64,000 nucleotides of DNA from a virus (taxonomy: Duplodnaviria > Heunggongvirae > Uroviricota > Caudoviricetes > Schitoviridae): positions 14,677-78,676 of the IMG/VR virus record IMGVR_UViG_3300028490_000001; one strand, given 5' to 3'. The stretch's first letter is position 1. Every line of letters begins with the position of its first letter. The notes below the pieces were generated by a model. It had not been told where the DNA came from. It did not search any database and saw only the letters and a list, made by a program, of their open reading frames with translations. Shown here piece by piece: positions 34,301-49,300 of the stretch. Made by a program: the position numbers and the translations under genes.

Positions 34301-37300
34301 TATACACACAATATCAGAGGGAATGATAGTATCAAAGGACGGGAATATTAAACCATTCGATGCAGACTCTTTTCATGATATATGGGACCTATCCAGATTT
34401 ATAAAAGAAGTTGCAGACTCACACGGGGTGAACAGAGAAGATATGCTAGAAGTATGTATCTTTCTAAAATCTAATCCTAACTCCCAATGGGGTGTCGTAC
34501 CTTTAACTCAACCTAAAGAATCAATTACTTCAGACAATAAGAATGTAGGTCATTATGAACTGAAGGAGACAGTATGACTGTAGCAGAGCTAAGACTATTA
34601 CTGGATACAGTAGAGGATGACACAATAGAGGTAGTGTTTAGAGTAGGTGAGAACCATGGTGCTAATATAGTATCTAGGGTTTCACACTGGGGTGCAATAG
34701 AGAACCCTAATCATACAAATCATACACATGCTGCAGATTTAATTCTGCCAGATAATGGCTATGAGGGCACTGATGTCCTTGTACTAAGCTAGGAGATAAT
34801 ATGAAAATAGATAATATAAAAGTAACAAGCACACCACAATACAAACATTCTACTATACATGTCCACATATTCACAGATAAGGGAGAAATCCACTATCGGG
34901 GCACATTGTCAAATAGAATGCTACATGTTACTTTCGCTAGGGGCGATGTAACACCAACAATAGAAGAGGGTGACATGATTCAATCTGTGATTCGTGATTA
35001 CTTTAATAACAAAACAAAGGATAGTAAATGAAAAAGATATTGCTAATAGCTATGCTATTAACACTAGTCAATGCAGATAGCTGTGATGACGACATAAGAG
35101 AGGCGACTAGATTTATAGTCAAAGCTGACAATGTAAAGTCTAAGGAGCAGTATGTGGCATATATCAATGCCGCTATATCTAACTTGGTCAGTGCAAAATA
35201 CGATTGCCCAAAGGGGCATAAAGAAGCTATTCAACAATCAATAGAAGACACGAAGGAGTTACTATGAGAAAAGAACCACTTACCCTACTACAGGCAGTCA
35301 TGCTGAAGAGGGTTGAGCCTAAGAAGAAGAGAACACTGATTGGTAAATTAGGGCTAGTAGCAATGATACTGGCATTTATACCTATATTACTTATACTGTC
35401 TCCATTAATGTTATGGGGATATTTCAAACTAGGAGAAAAAAAATGAAAGTTGCAGAAAACTATACAAAAGAGGAACTAGTAGAGATGTTAGTTCATAACA
35501 ATAATAAGCTCATGGTCATGTTAGATGTTCGCGTTAGGTTTATGCAAAACCCTTCTCTAGGAACTGTTGATGTCTACGATATTAATATCGTAGGTGCATT
35601 GATTTATCGCAATACACTCACATACGACGAATGTATCGAGCAGATAATAGCAAAATAGAACCAACCTCATCCTTCTATCAAGATGTAAAACTGATATTCA
35701 ACACGATGGTCATTCGTCGTATCGTACTTTATACTTATTACAAGGAGTACACTCAAATGAAAACAACTAACTTAAAAACAACAACAACAACAACAGCTAC
35801 TACTACTACTACTACAACAGCAGTTGAAACTGAAACTGATGCTACATATTCTGCACTAAGAGCAGACTGGAGAGACATTCAGGTTACACTTCAAAACGTA
35901 TTTATCCCTAGAGAAGTGGTAACTGCAGATATTGAGGCTGCTAGGTCTCTAATGGCTAAAGACCTTAAAATAGACAAGATGGGGTCTGCTCCATACGTGA
36001 GAGAATCACTAAAGGCCTTCCTAAACAACGATAGTCTCGACCAGAAGTTATGTAACTTCTATAATAATATTAATGGTGAGGTATCTACCTCTGAGTTAGC
36101 AGGTCTATGTAAAAACCTATCTATCTTTAAGGATGTTAGGGAGTACACGTTTAATAGTGTTCCATTCACGGCAGAAGAGTTGACTAGAGGTAGCATATCC
36201 CTAGGATTAACACTTGCTAACTTTCTCGTTTACACTGGTACAGGTCACATGTTTGAGGCTGAGAGAACTAGTATAGACAAAGACGGCAATCCTGAGACTA
36301 GAACATATCTTCATGTTCAGTTCAATGCGAATACTGATGAGCGTTCTAACCTAATGCATGGTATCAATGGGAATCCTGGTGTTATACACCAGAGATTCAT
36401 ATCGTCACCTCCGGGTGGAATGCCTATAAAAGTTAGAGGTAAAATCAAGGAGACCTTGATTAATGCTAGCTCACGTGCACTTCAACTAGTTCCTATGAGT
36501 GACCAATTCTATTACTCTCTCTTAGAGAATAGCAAATGGTACAAGCAGTCACTAGCTAAAAAGATGGAAGTTGGTGCTTCTATTAAACTACGTGTTGATA
36601 AATACATTGATGCTATACGTGAAATTAGAGACATGGACAGAGTTTACTTGTCTATGAAGTTCGACTACAGATACAGATTGTACACTGATATGAAATCGTT
36701 TTTCATTAATCCTCAAGCGAAGGACGGCAAATATCTGTGGCAACTAGCAAACTCTAGAATGCTAGATGATAGAGGTTATGCTCATATGGTGCATAGTGCC
36801 GTAGGTATAGCTCTTAACAAAAGACATAGCCTTGCTAAAGCTATGCAGTATTGGAATAAGCATGAGCTTAGCGTTCGCTCTGCACTATTAAAGATGGGAG
36901 CTAGTATGGACGAACTTGCTGAGTCTGTTTATGCTCGTAGATTATTGGATGCTATTTCTGATTACAGAAATCGCGTTCCAAGCAAGTTCATCTTGCTAAA
37001 AGACTTTACTACTGGTGGACTTATCCACCATTCTATTACATTCCATAATGACATATCTGCTCCAATGTGTAACGTAGCAGGTAGAGCTACTCCTGCTGAT
37101 GCACATGCACTTGTTGCACAGCGTTTTGGTATGGACGGTCTTACTAGAGACCATGCCAAAGAGATTAATATGCAAGTATTACACGGGTCAAGCAATAAGA
37201 CAGCTGCAGATACAATCAATGCGTCTTGTGGAACCTCACTTAGTGCTGGTGGGTTTGGTAAACTCAAGTTGGAGGCATATGGTGCTCCAATTAACAACGT

Positions 37301-40300
37301 ATTATCTATCGTTGAATTTGGTAGAAGTATGCATAGCAAATACAATACATCATTATTATTCCGTACTCCGGAAGGGTGGCCTACAATGAGTATTGCATAT
37401 ACACCTAGTGAAGTGTCTAACCCTAGACATGGTGGAACCATGCTAGAGTTCTATATGTTCACTCCCGAAGCTCAAGAGCTAAAGCAGGGGTATAGAAAGA
37501 TACATACTATTACTACAATGCCATTGACTAGCGACAAGAATGGTACTCCTATTCGTGGTGCCAAAGTTAGTGGATTATATGCCAACATAACTCATGTAGT
37601 TGACGGTCATATTCTTCGTAGAATATACGAAGAGAATGCAGTGTCACTATCAATTCATGATAACATCGGAGCTTGTCCTAATGACTTTGATGGTATCGAA
37701 GAGACTGCTGTTAATGTTATGGTCGAGGACTATGATGCTCGCTACTATGAGCGTTGTATCAATGATATTAAGAATAACGCTGCAAAGGATAACTTTGCTT
37801 CTGTGAACTTGCCTGTTCTGTACTACGGTAAGCTAACAAAATCTCAAGTCAAGAAGTCTACAGGCTTCCTCCAAGCCTAGTGCCTTCACCATGTCCCTTT
37901 CGGGGGATATGAGTGAGGGTATTACTCCTACCTGTCGCCACATGCTAGTTCGTGTGGGGCTAAACTGGAACTAATGCTCTCTATTTAACCTAACGGTTCA
38001 TCCGACGGTTTACGCCCGTTGTTTGGTACTAAGGTTCCATCCGTCAAAGTGCCTCAACGGGGCTCGGCTCATGTAGAAAGGTAAGATAATTGCCATTTCC
38101 CAGAAGAAGCGTCATACATTATTGACACAATTCAGGAATCATAAAAAATGAAAGGAAAATCATGAAAAATGGAGCAGCATTAAAGGCAGCTCACCACAAT
38201 CTCAAAGCTAAGTTACGCTTAGTAGACGAGTTTGGCATTACAAAAGACTGGACAACTGAAAACCCAAATTGGGATAAGACAGTTACTGCTCTTGCTGAAG
38301 CCAAAGTGGCGAGAATGTTAGAGTTCAAGGCAGAAGAGCTTGACCTTGCGAAAGCAATGAAGGGTCAAGATAGCTATTTGCGCAATATTGTTAAAGCACT
38401 TAATTATTCTTCAAAAGAAGAAGCAATTGATGCAGAATACGCTGAAGTATTCGCAGACCATGCTAGTGAAGAAGAAATCTACGCAGACATCAAAGATGTT
38501 TGGGCTGAGTAATTCTTCATAATCGCCATTCAGAACCACAACACATCCTCCTTGCACGCAAAGTGAAGTAGTGGATGGTATGTGGACTGTATATAGCAAT
38601 TAGTGCACTTATACTCATGTGTGCTAATTGGTGTATATTGATGTAGGTCAAGTTTATAATAGGTTCGTGACATTACCTTTCCCAAGTTCTTGACTTATTC
38701 GGTGTACGCCAACACCCTAAACAATATTATAGGGCGCTTACCCCCTCTTTATTAAGCGTCCTACCGTGTTGTTAGTTACGCGGTTTATTATTTTCTTGTA
38801 TCCGTGATATTATTCGAAGTGATATCATGATATGTATTAATTTGAGTGAGATATCCCATTATCTCATTCATATTAGTTCATTCGAGCTACTCAAAAAAAA
38901 TGACTCAAAAAAGGAAACACAATGTCAGTATTATCAAATATCATCCCAGATGGATTCAAAAAAATAGCAGAAGGAATTTCAGATATCGGTGAATCTCTGA
39001 ACCCTCTTGTATCAGACATGACTGCAGATAACAGAGAGATTGCACTATCTCTTATGGAATTAGGTTATTCAAATCAGCAAATCCAAACATTTGTAGACGT
39101 GTCTAGAAACCAGCTAGATGAATTCCTAGAGCTTGAAAGAGCTGTAGAAAAAAGACTTAGCCAGCAAGAAGAAGCAAAGGACTAGCATGATTGGAACCAT
39201 CCCTATGATTTTCATGGGTTTGGCCGTAGCAATCAACTTTATTGTAATCAAGTGGAAGCTTGAGCACGATAGAAATGCAGATGCTATACTTGATGCAGCA
39301 ATATTGTTTATTATTGCCTGGGGCTTTAGCGGCTCAATCAGTGGGCTAATGATAGGTACAATTGCATCTATGTTCGTAAGTATGTACTTAATAGTCTCAC
39401 CTCCTGATGCATTAATTGCCAAATTTGAGAAAAAATCAAAAAGCAGAAGACAGTCCAGGAATAAAAGAAATGTTCAACAACCCAAAGAAAGTTGACCAAA
39501 CAGGCACTCTTGTATTTGTTGAAGCAAAAATAAGAAGAGCCGGTCACACATCAATAAAGATAATAGAATTGCTTTCATCAAGAAAGGAAAGATTAGCTAT
39601 TGAAGTACCAATGAATTATGAAACAGAGCATATAAGCAATATGGTAAGTGATTTCAATAAATCACTAAGAAGTTTCACATTTCTAAATCAAACAATACCA
39701 AGATACTAAAACTACAACAACCTAAAAACGCAACATCAGTAAGTGTTGTACTTTACCCTCAAAATACCCTTAAGGAAAAACATGTCATTTTTTAGCAAAA
39801 TAAAAAAGTTCAGAATCAAGAAATATAAAAATACTCATCTTCTTCAGAAGAAGGGTTTATTTTATTGGCACGACTTCACAGATGTACACGAAAACTATAT
39901 ATTTCTAAGCAAGAACTATACAGTCTCAATAAATATGGCTAAACAATACTTAGCATTAAATGAAGGTGTTCCTGAAAACTTTTTAAATAAAGATTGGATA
40001 CTCATAAAGTAATACAAGGGGAACCACCATGAACACTAAACACGTAAGAATTACTCCTGGAGTAGAACTACAAGATAGACTATTTGAACTTTTCGGAAAC
40101 AGAAAGGTTCTGTATGTCATGTGCGAAATGAACCGTATGGATGAGCTGAAAATAAAAGGTCAGATAAAAGAAGCAGCTACTAAACGCTGTAAGCCTATAT
40201 TTTGCGATACAAACGGAAAACAGTATGAAAGTATAAAGCAAGCTAGCATCGAGCTTATATTGGACCCTGGAGCTATCAGTAGGGTACTAAGCGGAAAACA

Positions 40301-43300
40301 ATCCACAACAAAAGGTTATACCTTTTCACATAAAATATAAGGAATACAAAATGGCATTAAAATATTTTCCACCATTTATTAACCTAAGAAAAAAAAAGAA
40401 ACCTGAACCTTTAGCAGTAATAACACTTATGGCAAAAAGTTTTAGACTCTCAAGCACCAACGAGAATCTAATTAAAACAATTTCTCAAGAACCATCACCT
40501 AACTTTATCTATAAGATAACGATAGAAACTATAAAGGAAGACAAATGACAGAATCAGCATTGCTATTATTGATAGTGTTCCAATTTAAACACCTCATCGC
40601 AGATTATTATTTACAGTTTCCATATATGTATGAAAATAAAGGTAATGAACACCATTGGATGGAACCACTAATTCATCATTCACTTGTTCATGGTGTATTC
40701 ACATTGTTTATCTCTGCATCCTTTCTTGCATATACAGGAGCAGAAGAAACATCGTTCAATAAATCACTATTCCTCGGAGTAGTACTGTTTGATATGATTA
40801 CTCATTTTATTACGGATAGATGGAAAGCAACCAGAGGTAGAGGTCCGAACGAATCAAAGTTTTGGACAGACTTAGGTATAGACCAAATGATACATCATAT
40901 TGTTGGAATCATTATTGTGTATATATTAGTAAGCCAAGCACAATGAGTAAGTTAATACTCACTGCAAAAGAAGCTAAAGCAGAGAGAAAATTACTTGAAG
41001 AAAAATACTGGTCAACTCCTTGGGGTAGGGCAGAATTAAAAGAGAAAAAAAAGAAGGATAAGAAATGAAAGTATTATTACTACTATTTATGTCATTAACT
41101 CTGTGGACGAAGGATTTACAGTGATACTTGCAAGTATTATATTTAACAGTATTATCATACTCGGTATCATTGGTATATTTATTGTTCAAGTTGACATAAT
41201 CAAAAAAAATGAACAAATGGAAAAAACCATCAAACTGTTACATAAAAACACAAATGCAAACATAAGAGTACTGAACGATGGTCTGCAAACTATATTTGAT
41301 TCTGTAAAAGAATTAAAAAAGAACAAAAAGAGCAGTAGTAAAAAAATAACTACCAACATTTAATAAAAAATATAACATAGCTAGGCTATGTAAAAAGAAG
41401 GATAAAAAATGAAAAAACTAGACGAAGTATTAGAAAATTTCAAACCGAACACTATAGATAATAGAGATGCACATAGACTTGCAGATTTCACTCCAGAAGA
41501 TAAATTACCATTGCTTGGTGTTAAATTACTTGAGAAAAATATAGGGACGCATGTTCCTATTGCTTGGAACGAAGAAAACATACTTGCACAGCTTAAAAAA
41601 GATGTAGCGTTTGGTTTCGAAAAAGCTCTTGACCAAAGAGGATTATCTGCAGGAATGATGTATCAAGTTGTAGGTATGTGGAATGAAATACTTGAAAACA
41701 ATCTGAATAAATCAGATGAAGATTATTCAATGTATGGACTTCCTAGATTAAAAACAACAGCATTGCACTATGGATGGGAAAATCCTATCGGAGAAGATGA
41801 AGGTTCTGAGGAGTCTTACAATGAGTAATAAAACTAAAACCAGTGAAGAACTGATAGCAGAAATTAAAAAGTTATCAAAAAAAAGAAAGAAACATCAACC
41901 TTTCTCTGATACGTTAATTAACCTCGTTATGAAACTACACTACACAGGGATGAATGCATCTGCAATCGAAAGAGCTACAGGCATTTCAAATCAACAAGTT
42001 TCAAAATGGAAAAGAGAGTTTGGTACAGAAATGACTCACGTAGCATACGGAACCACTACTCGTAATGATGTGAGAACAAAGTGTCTAGCAGTAAGAGAAT
42101 TCCTTGTCGACAACAAAACATCTGATTATCTGTCTAAGAAATATCATGTTGGTACAGTTACGATTATAGCGTGGGTAAAGAAGTATGAAGATGACTATGA
42201 ACAATGGCTTGATGCTCCAGATGGAATCACAACAGTAGCTAAAAAAGATAGACTTATCTATGGTAATGCAAACATCACCGAAATCAGAGAAAAGCTAATA
42301 GACCATGGAAATGAAATCAAAGAAATGATTCAGAGTATGCAAAAAAATGGAATAATGGTAAATGCGGTTGCACAAGCTGAAAACCTCAGCAAAAAAACAC
42401 AAGAAGAAATCAAAACTCTTGATGCAGCAGAACAAATAATTAAAAAAGGGGTACAAAAATGATTAAGCAAAATGGACAAACACTAGAAACAGAAGGCTCA
42501 ATAAACATGGTAATCAGCGAAGCTGCTGCATTACTTAACTACATCCCTAAAGCTTTTGCAAAGCAAATTATGGAGAAAGGCTCTCCTGGAAACAAGACAG
42601 AAGATGAGATAGAAAACGAAATCAGAAGAAACATTATTTCTGGAGCTGAATTGTATTGTCTTGTAGACAAAGGCATGTCACCCGAAGAGGCAATGAAGGT
42701 TCTTGATATTGACGGAACCATCATGAGAGTGGATGGCGAAGAAGAAAAAGATGAAGAAAAAACTAAATAAAGTTTTTCTTTTGGTAATCATATTATCATC
42801 AATCGCTTATGCAGAATACTTCTATGTGACTTTACCAGACGGCTCAACAATGGAATGCTACAGATGGAGCAATGGCGACATCGACTGTAACTAAAAAGGA
42901 TATTACATGGCAATAGGAGACCTAGACACAATAGAAAGAAGAGACAGAATGGAATTAGCTGAGTTAATTCGTGCGGATAGAACTCAAAAAGTAAACACTG
43001 GAGCAGGATATCAAATACACAATCCTCCAACTGCAGAATTTCCGTTTGGTAGACCCGATGTAATACCTGATGTCATAAACAATCCATTCAGAGGATTAGA
43101 TGATGGAATATACGAAGACACTACTAGCCCATATGAATTTCAAGAGATAATGACAAGAAGAATGCAGAATGAATTCCATAGAGAAAACACTAGGAGTGTA
43201 GATAGCTTAAATTACTCTACAAGAAACCATAATATTCTAAGAGAACTTCTATCCTATATAAGAAGAGAACATCCAAATGTAGATGCATATGTGAAGCATA

Positions 43301-46300
43301 TATGTTTCAATGAAAACAAACAACCATTAACGGTAATCATAGAAAGTCTTTCAATGAGAATGGATGCAGACAGCACAGAAAGACCAAACTCTGCAATAAC
43401 TAAAATAAACAGAGAACTGGCAAGCTTAGAGAGGAACAAAGGAAAATGAAAAAGCTTTGGCAAAATGAAGGGTTAGAAGGGATAAATGATTTCCTACATG
43501 ACATTGAAATGTCAAAAAAGAGAGAAGAAAAAAAAAGAAAGCTAGAGCATGAAACTCTTCAACTTAATCCAAAAAGATATAGTTCTCTTGAACAATCAAG
43601 AATATGGAATAGAACAAAAAAAGAAAACAAGTATCTTCAAGAGTTCAGCATACAACTGAATGGGTATAAACCTATGCACGAAATACAAAGAAGAGTCATA
43701 TCTTTTGCCGACTTGAGATACAACAAATATATTATCTTGTCATCACATAGCGAAGATGTAGATAATTATATCGGCAAATCTACATATTGGGAAAAGAAAA
43801 GCGTAATTGTAAAAAGTATTCATACTAAACATGATGTCAAAATAGTTTTCGCAGAAAACAAACAAATGTTATCTATTGTATTCCAATACTTAGGATACTT
43901 CATTGTAACAACAAAATCAAGTTTCGAAAACTTCCTCTCAGAAATAGAAGGAAATGATTATGAAACTAAATTTATTGCGGATAAAATAAAATCAAATCTT
44001 GAAAAGTTTGAAGTAACGACACCTATTGTTGATTCATTATCTAAAGAGATAAAAGACAACGTTCAAATTATGGCAGAATGGCTAAAAGACAGGTCGGAAG
44101 GATTGTAGAATATGAACATAGTTATAGAGCAATTAATGTACATGATTAAATTCAGACTAATGAGTGGCACTAAAACACAAGAAATGTTTGATTTACTAAA
44201 AGAGTTAGAGTTAGAACTTGAAGAACTGAAAGACACTGAACCAACTATCGAAGGTATAGAGTTAATCATTTCATCACTGGAATCCATGAACGGTAGACTA
44301 AGAAAACAAAACGAAGAGGATAAAAAATGAGTGGTAAAATTAAAAAATGTAATGTCAACGGCTGTAGTAAAGTAGCTATAGGAAAGAGGTCTTATTTTTT
44401 CCCATTCCATAGATGCAATGAACACAAAAGGAAAAGAAAATGATTTGCTATAAAGATACAACATTTTGCTCGGAAGATAAATGTGGAAACATAGATTGTA
44501 ATAGAAATGTTACAGCTGATGTAGTTGCTGCTTCACAAGCATGGTGGAATAAAGGTGTTGATATTTCAGAATGGACACCTGCTCCTATAGCAGTACAAGA
44601 TTTAAAAGATACATTTGAGTGCCCAGGATATGTCATGCGTCCATAGAGTTATCATTGGATAATTTTATTGGCCGTAGGGCATGTCTGCGGACAAGAAAAT
44701 ACTAACCGTAAAACGAGAGATTATGCACGGTCAATAATCACACCTCTCACCATGGGTCCACAACATCCAACTGGACGTTGATGGACCCCCGTATTATGTG
44801 CCATTCGTCTAAATGTAGGACCTCCGCCTTAATAGCCGGATAATGCTGGTTAGAGTCCAGCATGGTAACACCGTAAAACGGGCAGGTTGTATCCACGGAA
44901 GAAATACCGACTACCTGTCAGTATAAACGGTTTTCCTGAGATGTCCCGTAGACTGCTTTAATGTCGAAAGAAATCATCCGTGATTGGTCTCCACACGTAA
45001 AAGTGGGACCGCCAAAAGAAAACTATTCCACAGAACCATCTCTATGTAGATGTTTGTATGGAGTCGTTGGGGTCAGACTCGTCGCAAAAATATCCTAGGC
45101 AGCATGCCTTAATCAACAAAACCGGGTTTACCGGATGAAGTTTGTTATTTAAATAATGTATTCTAAATGTCACCAATGTAGAAGAAAAACTCACGCAGTG
45201 ACCTGGAGCATGGCTTGGAACTCGCCTTCTTTTCAACATCCAGTTAAAGACGATTAGTAAAGACAGCGGTAGATTTTCTTGATTGACAGATTCTTACAAC
45301 CATAGCTAGGAAAGCGTCATGGAGTACCGTCTCAGCTGGAAAGAAGCAGAGACAACTGATTATGGACGCGAAAGCTTAAATGGATATAAAGCTACTCACT
45401 GAGAGTGAGGAGATATTGGGTTCGATTCCCTGCAAGTCCACAAATATTATGTCATGTTAGCTCAGTTTGGTAGAGCACTCCCACTGATAAGGGAGAGGTC
45501 AATGGTTCAAATCCATTATGTGACACACAAATAGTCATGAAGGTAACAGACCATGCAAGGGTGTCGTGAGCATCCTAGAAAAATTCATTGCTGGAATGAT
45601 AACCAAAAGCAAGAGTGTTTTGAAATAGATTCACAAACTTATCAGAGAGTCTACTGTTGGACTCTCGAACTATATATGTCGATGTAAGTTTCAGTCCGGT
45701 AGAACTGGGGGCCTTTTGCCCCTGTGCGTTGGTTCAAATCCAATCATTGTCTATCTTGGGTGCTGAGGATAAATGCATCTGGTCTAATGGATGTCGACCT
45801 AAAATATCCTTACGAGCAAAGGAACATGCTTTCAATAAACCTCACAATCGGAAAATACTACTTTAGTAGAACGCGAAAGCGTCATCGGTGTAACCCCGGA
45901 TATTTTTCTCATGTAGAGGACAGCTGCATATCTTTACAAACCATACTGTTTTACCTAGTACCAAAGGTAAGAAAAATCCTATAGTTTAGGTGAACCACAC
46001 AAGAGGGATTGATACCGTGGGTGGCAATGCGTCTACTCCTTTCATTTTAAAAGCACTCAGTGCGGTTCAAACAATATATACAAAAAAGGAAATAATATGT
46101 TCACACTAATAAGTGTAAATAACAAAGATTCGGTAGGATACAGATTTATCGGAGTCGATGCATCATTCTATTTTGATGGAGAAGGATTTACATTCTCATC
46201 AATCACTAGCAGTAGAGTTAAATCTATTTCAATGGATGAAGATATTATGACCGTAATAACAAAAAATACAGAATATAAATTCAGAAAGCACTAGCACTAG

Positions 46301-49300
46301 CATCAATGGTTTACTAAATGTAGAAAAGTGGGAGAGGAAACTCCATTACCACATATATATACAGAATACCATGAAGCTTGGTGTCTAACATCAAAATTAA
46401 AATTACAATTTAAGGAAGTACAAAAAATGGCAAAAGATACAGCATTACACGAATTACTGGCAGTAGAGTCAACACTATCAGAGACAGCAAACAGAGTTCA
46501 AAAAGACACAACAAAGACACTTTCAACCAAAGAAACAATCTTCTCAGGTATGGTAAAAGCACATGTACTTTTCGATGAGTCACTACAACACCTTACTCAG
46601 GCAGTAGAATCAAAAGAAGTACAGTCAACAGTAACTGAGCAGCTTGATTATGCTGCAGGAGAAATTTCTAGATACTGGGATGTAACTCTTCAAAAAGAAG
46701 ATGCAAATCAAAAAGCAAAAGCAGATATTGTCATTGGAGACACGGTAATTGCAAAAGACATTCCATCAATTGTATTACTTTCAATGGAAAAGAAACTAAG
46801 TTCATTACTTGCACTATATAATGCAATCCCTACACTTGATGCTGCAAAATCTTGGATTATCGCAGAAGGATACTCGGTTGCAAATGTGTTTGTTACTAAA
46901 AACCAAAGAGAGAACCAACAGTCTGTAGTTGAAAAACTATGGGTTGAGGTATCTCCGGCTACAAAAGAATTCAAAGCTCAACTTGTTCAGCAAGAAAAAA
47001 CAACTGTTGTTGGTAAATTCGTAATTGATGAATTCTCTGGAGCACTTACATCACTAGATAAGGCAGAGAAGATTCAACGTCTTACGAACCTTATTCGTGC
47101 AGTTAAAACTGCCAGACAAAGAGCAAATACTCAGATTGTGGATACTGAAAAAACATTCGCTACTGCACTATTTAGCTACATCAACGGATAGGAATTATCA
47201 TGGAAATGACAATAGCCTGGTTCCCAATGATAAAACTATTACTCACCGCAGTAATGATATACATAGGATACTACTTCTACAAAAAAGGAAAGATGAAAAC
47301 ATCTGCATTCTATGCTATTGCCTTGATTGTATTCTGGAGTCTTTCACCTATTAAATATGACGGAACCAACTCAACACAACACAAACTACAGTCAGTAAAA
47401 GCAAAAACAATTCAATACAGAAATGTAGATGCCACCATAGTCGAAACAAAGAAATTAACTTTTGATGAGAGAATGGCGGCAGAAGATGCTCGCTCTAAAG
47501 CAGCAAATAAAAAGGTTCATGATGAAATCGTTAAGTAGAGGGTTTACCCTAATTGAACTCATATTTGTAGTGATTATTGTCTTTATACTTGCATCAATTG
47601 CAGTACCAAAGATAATGTCAGACAATAAAAATAATGTGCAGCAGAGCCAACAACATAAACAAACAAAACAAATCGAAGGAACGACATGGGAATGAAAAAA
47701 ACATTAATCACAATTGGATTACTTGCAGCAATGCTACTTACTACAGGATGTAATCATAAGGTAGTAGGACAGGGAGAAAAAGGGAAGATTCTTGATAGAG
47801 GAGGATTTCAACCGGAAATCTATCCACCATCAAGAGTAAACACTGGATGGCATGGAGACCTGGTTCTTATTGAAACAGTAACTCACACAGTAAATGAAAC
47901 AATTACTGTTCGTATGAAAGATGACATGAACCTTGTTGTTCAAGTTAGATTTCAACTGAGAATGGGAGAAAAAGAAACTTCACTTAATGCTGTATTTAAT
48001 GACATTAAACCTGAATCAGGAAACCTTATTACTCTTGGTCAAGTCTACAATGTATATGGAAAAATGCTTGTAAACAAAATCACAAGAGAGGTACTCTCAA
48101 AATATAATATTGGTGATGTGAATGATAACTTCAATCATATTTCAGCAGATATTTACGAGAAAACACTTAAAGGTTTCAAGCCTACTCCACTAATCATTAC
48201 AGATGTAGCACTAGGAAAACTGGATTATCCAGAAATCATAGATAATGCTATCATGGGTGCTGCAAAACGTGAGCTTGAAATTAAACAAGCTGAAGCAGAT
48301 GTACAAGTTAGACTTACTGAACTAAAAGGTAAAGAGAAAGTAGCAGAAGGTGAGTACAGAATCAAGATGCAAGAAGCAAAACGTATCAAAGATTACAATG
48401 CTGCTATTGCAGAGGGAATCACACCTGAACTATTGGAACTTAGAAAACTAGAAGTACAGCAAGAGCTCGTACAAGCAATTGGAAAAGGTGATACTACAAC
48501 CATCTTCGTCCCATACTCTGCTCTCGGAACCACAGGTTTACAGAACAGAGTAATGCTCACAAAGTAGGAAAACTGTGGGCCCCTAAAAGCTGGGGTTGAA
48601 CCGGATAAGTGTGCAATAAAAGCCTATCTATGAAATGCATACCGACCCACAGACTAAACAGTTCTTGAATAGCTACCCTTACCTCATGGGGGTAGGCAAT
48701 GCGTAAACGTATTTTACGTGTCATTGACAAATAGAACTGTTTGTAGTAAACCTGAAGAGGTTTGCCCCTAGAGCCAACAAGAACGGTATATATAGGTAGC
48801 TCCTGTATGAGCTTATGCTCACTTCAGTACTGTTGGTTCTCTGGGCAAACTTATTCTAATGTTTTACCCTGCACTGGTCAGATTGACCATAAACTCCCAG
48901 ATTCTATTTCCGGGGGAGTGTAGTTATTATCAAGCTTATTTTATTATCCCACATAAGCTTAGCACTATAGACTTTTAACACCTGTCAGTCCTAGACAATT
49001 TTTAGAATGCTACGAGGGTTCGACCCCCTCTCTCGCCTCCATAAATATATGGCGAGATGGTAGAGTGGTTATACAGCATTCACAACTTATCTTAAAAAAG
49101 GGAACTAGACATAAAACCGGGTCGTGCAACAATTACAGATATTTCGAGGTTCGAGTCCTTGAGGGCCCACCATTACTACTATTAGTATTTGGGCCCTTGG
49201 CGGAATTGGTAGACGCACTGATTGTTTAAATCAGCCATCAAAACAAATTGATAGAGTCCACAAGAAGGAATAGCTAGTGGGCTCGCTTGAGTTTGTTATA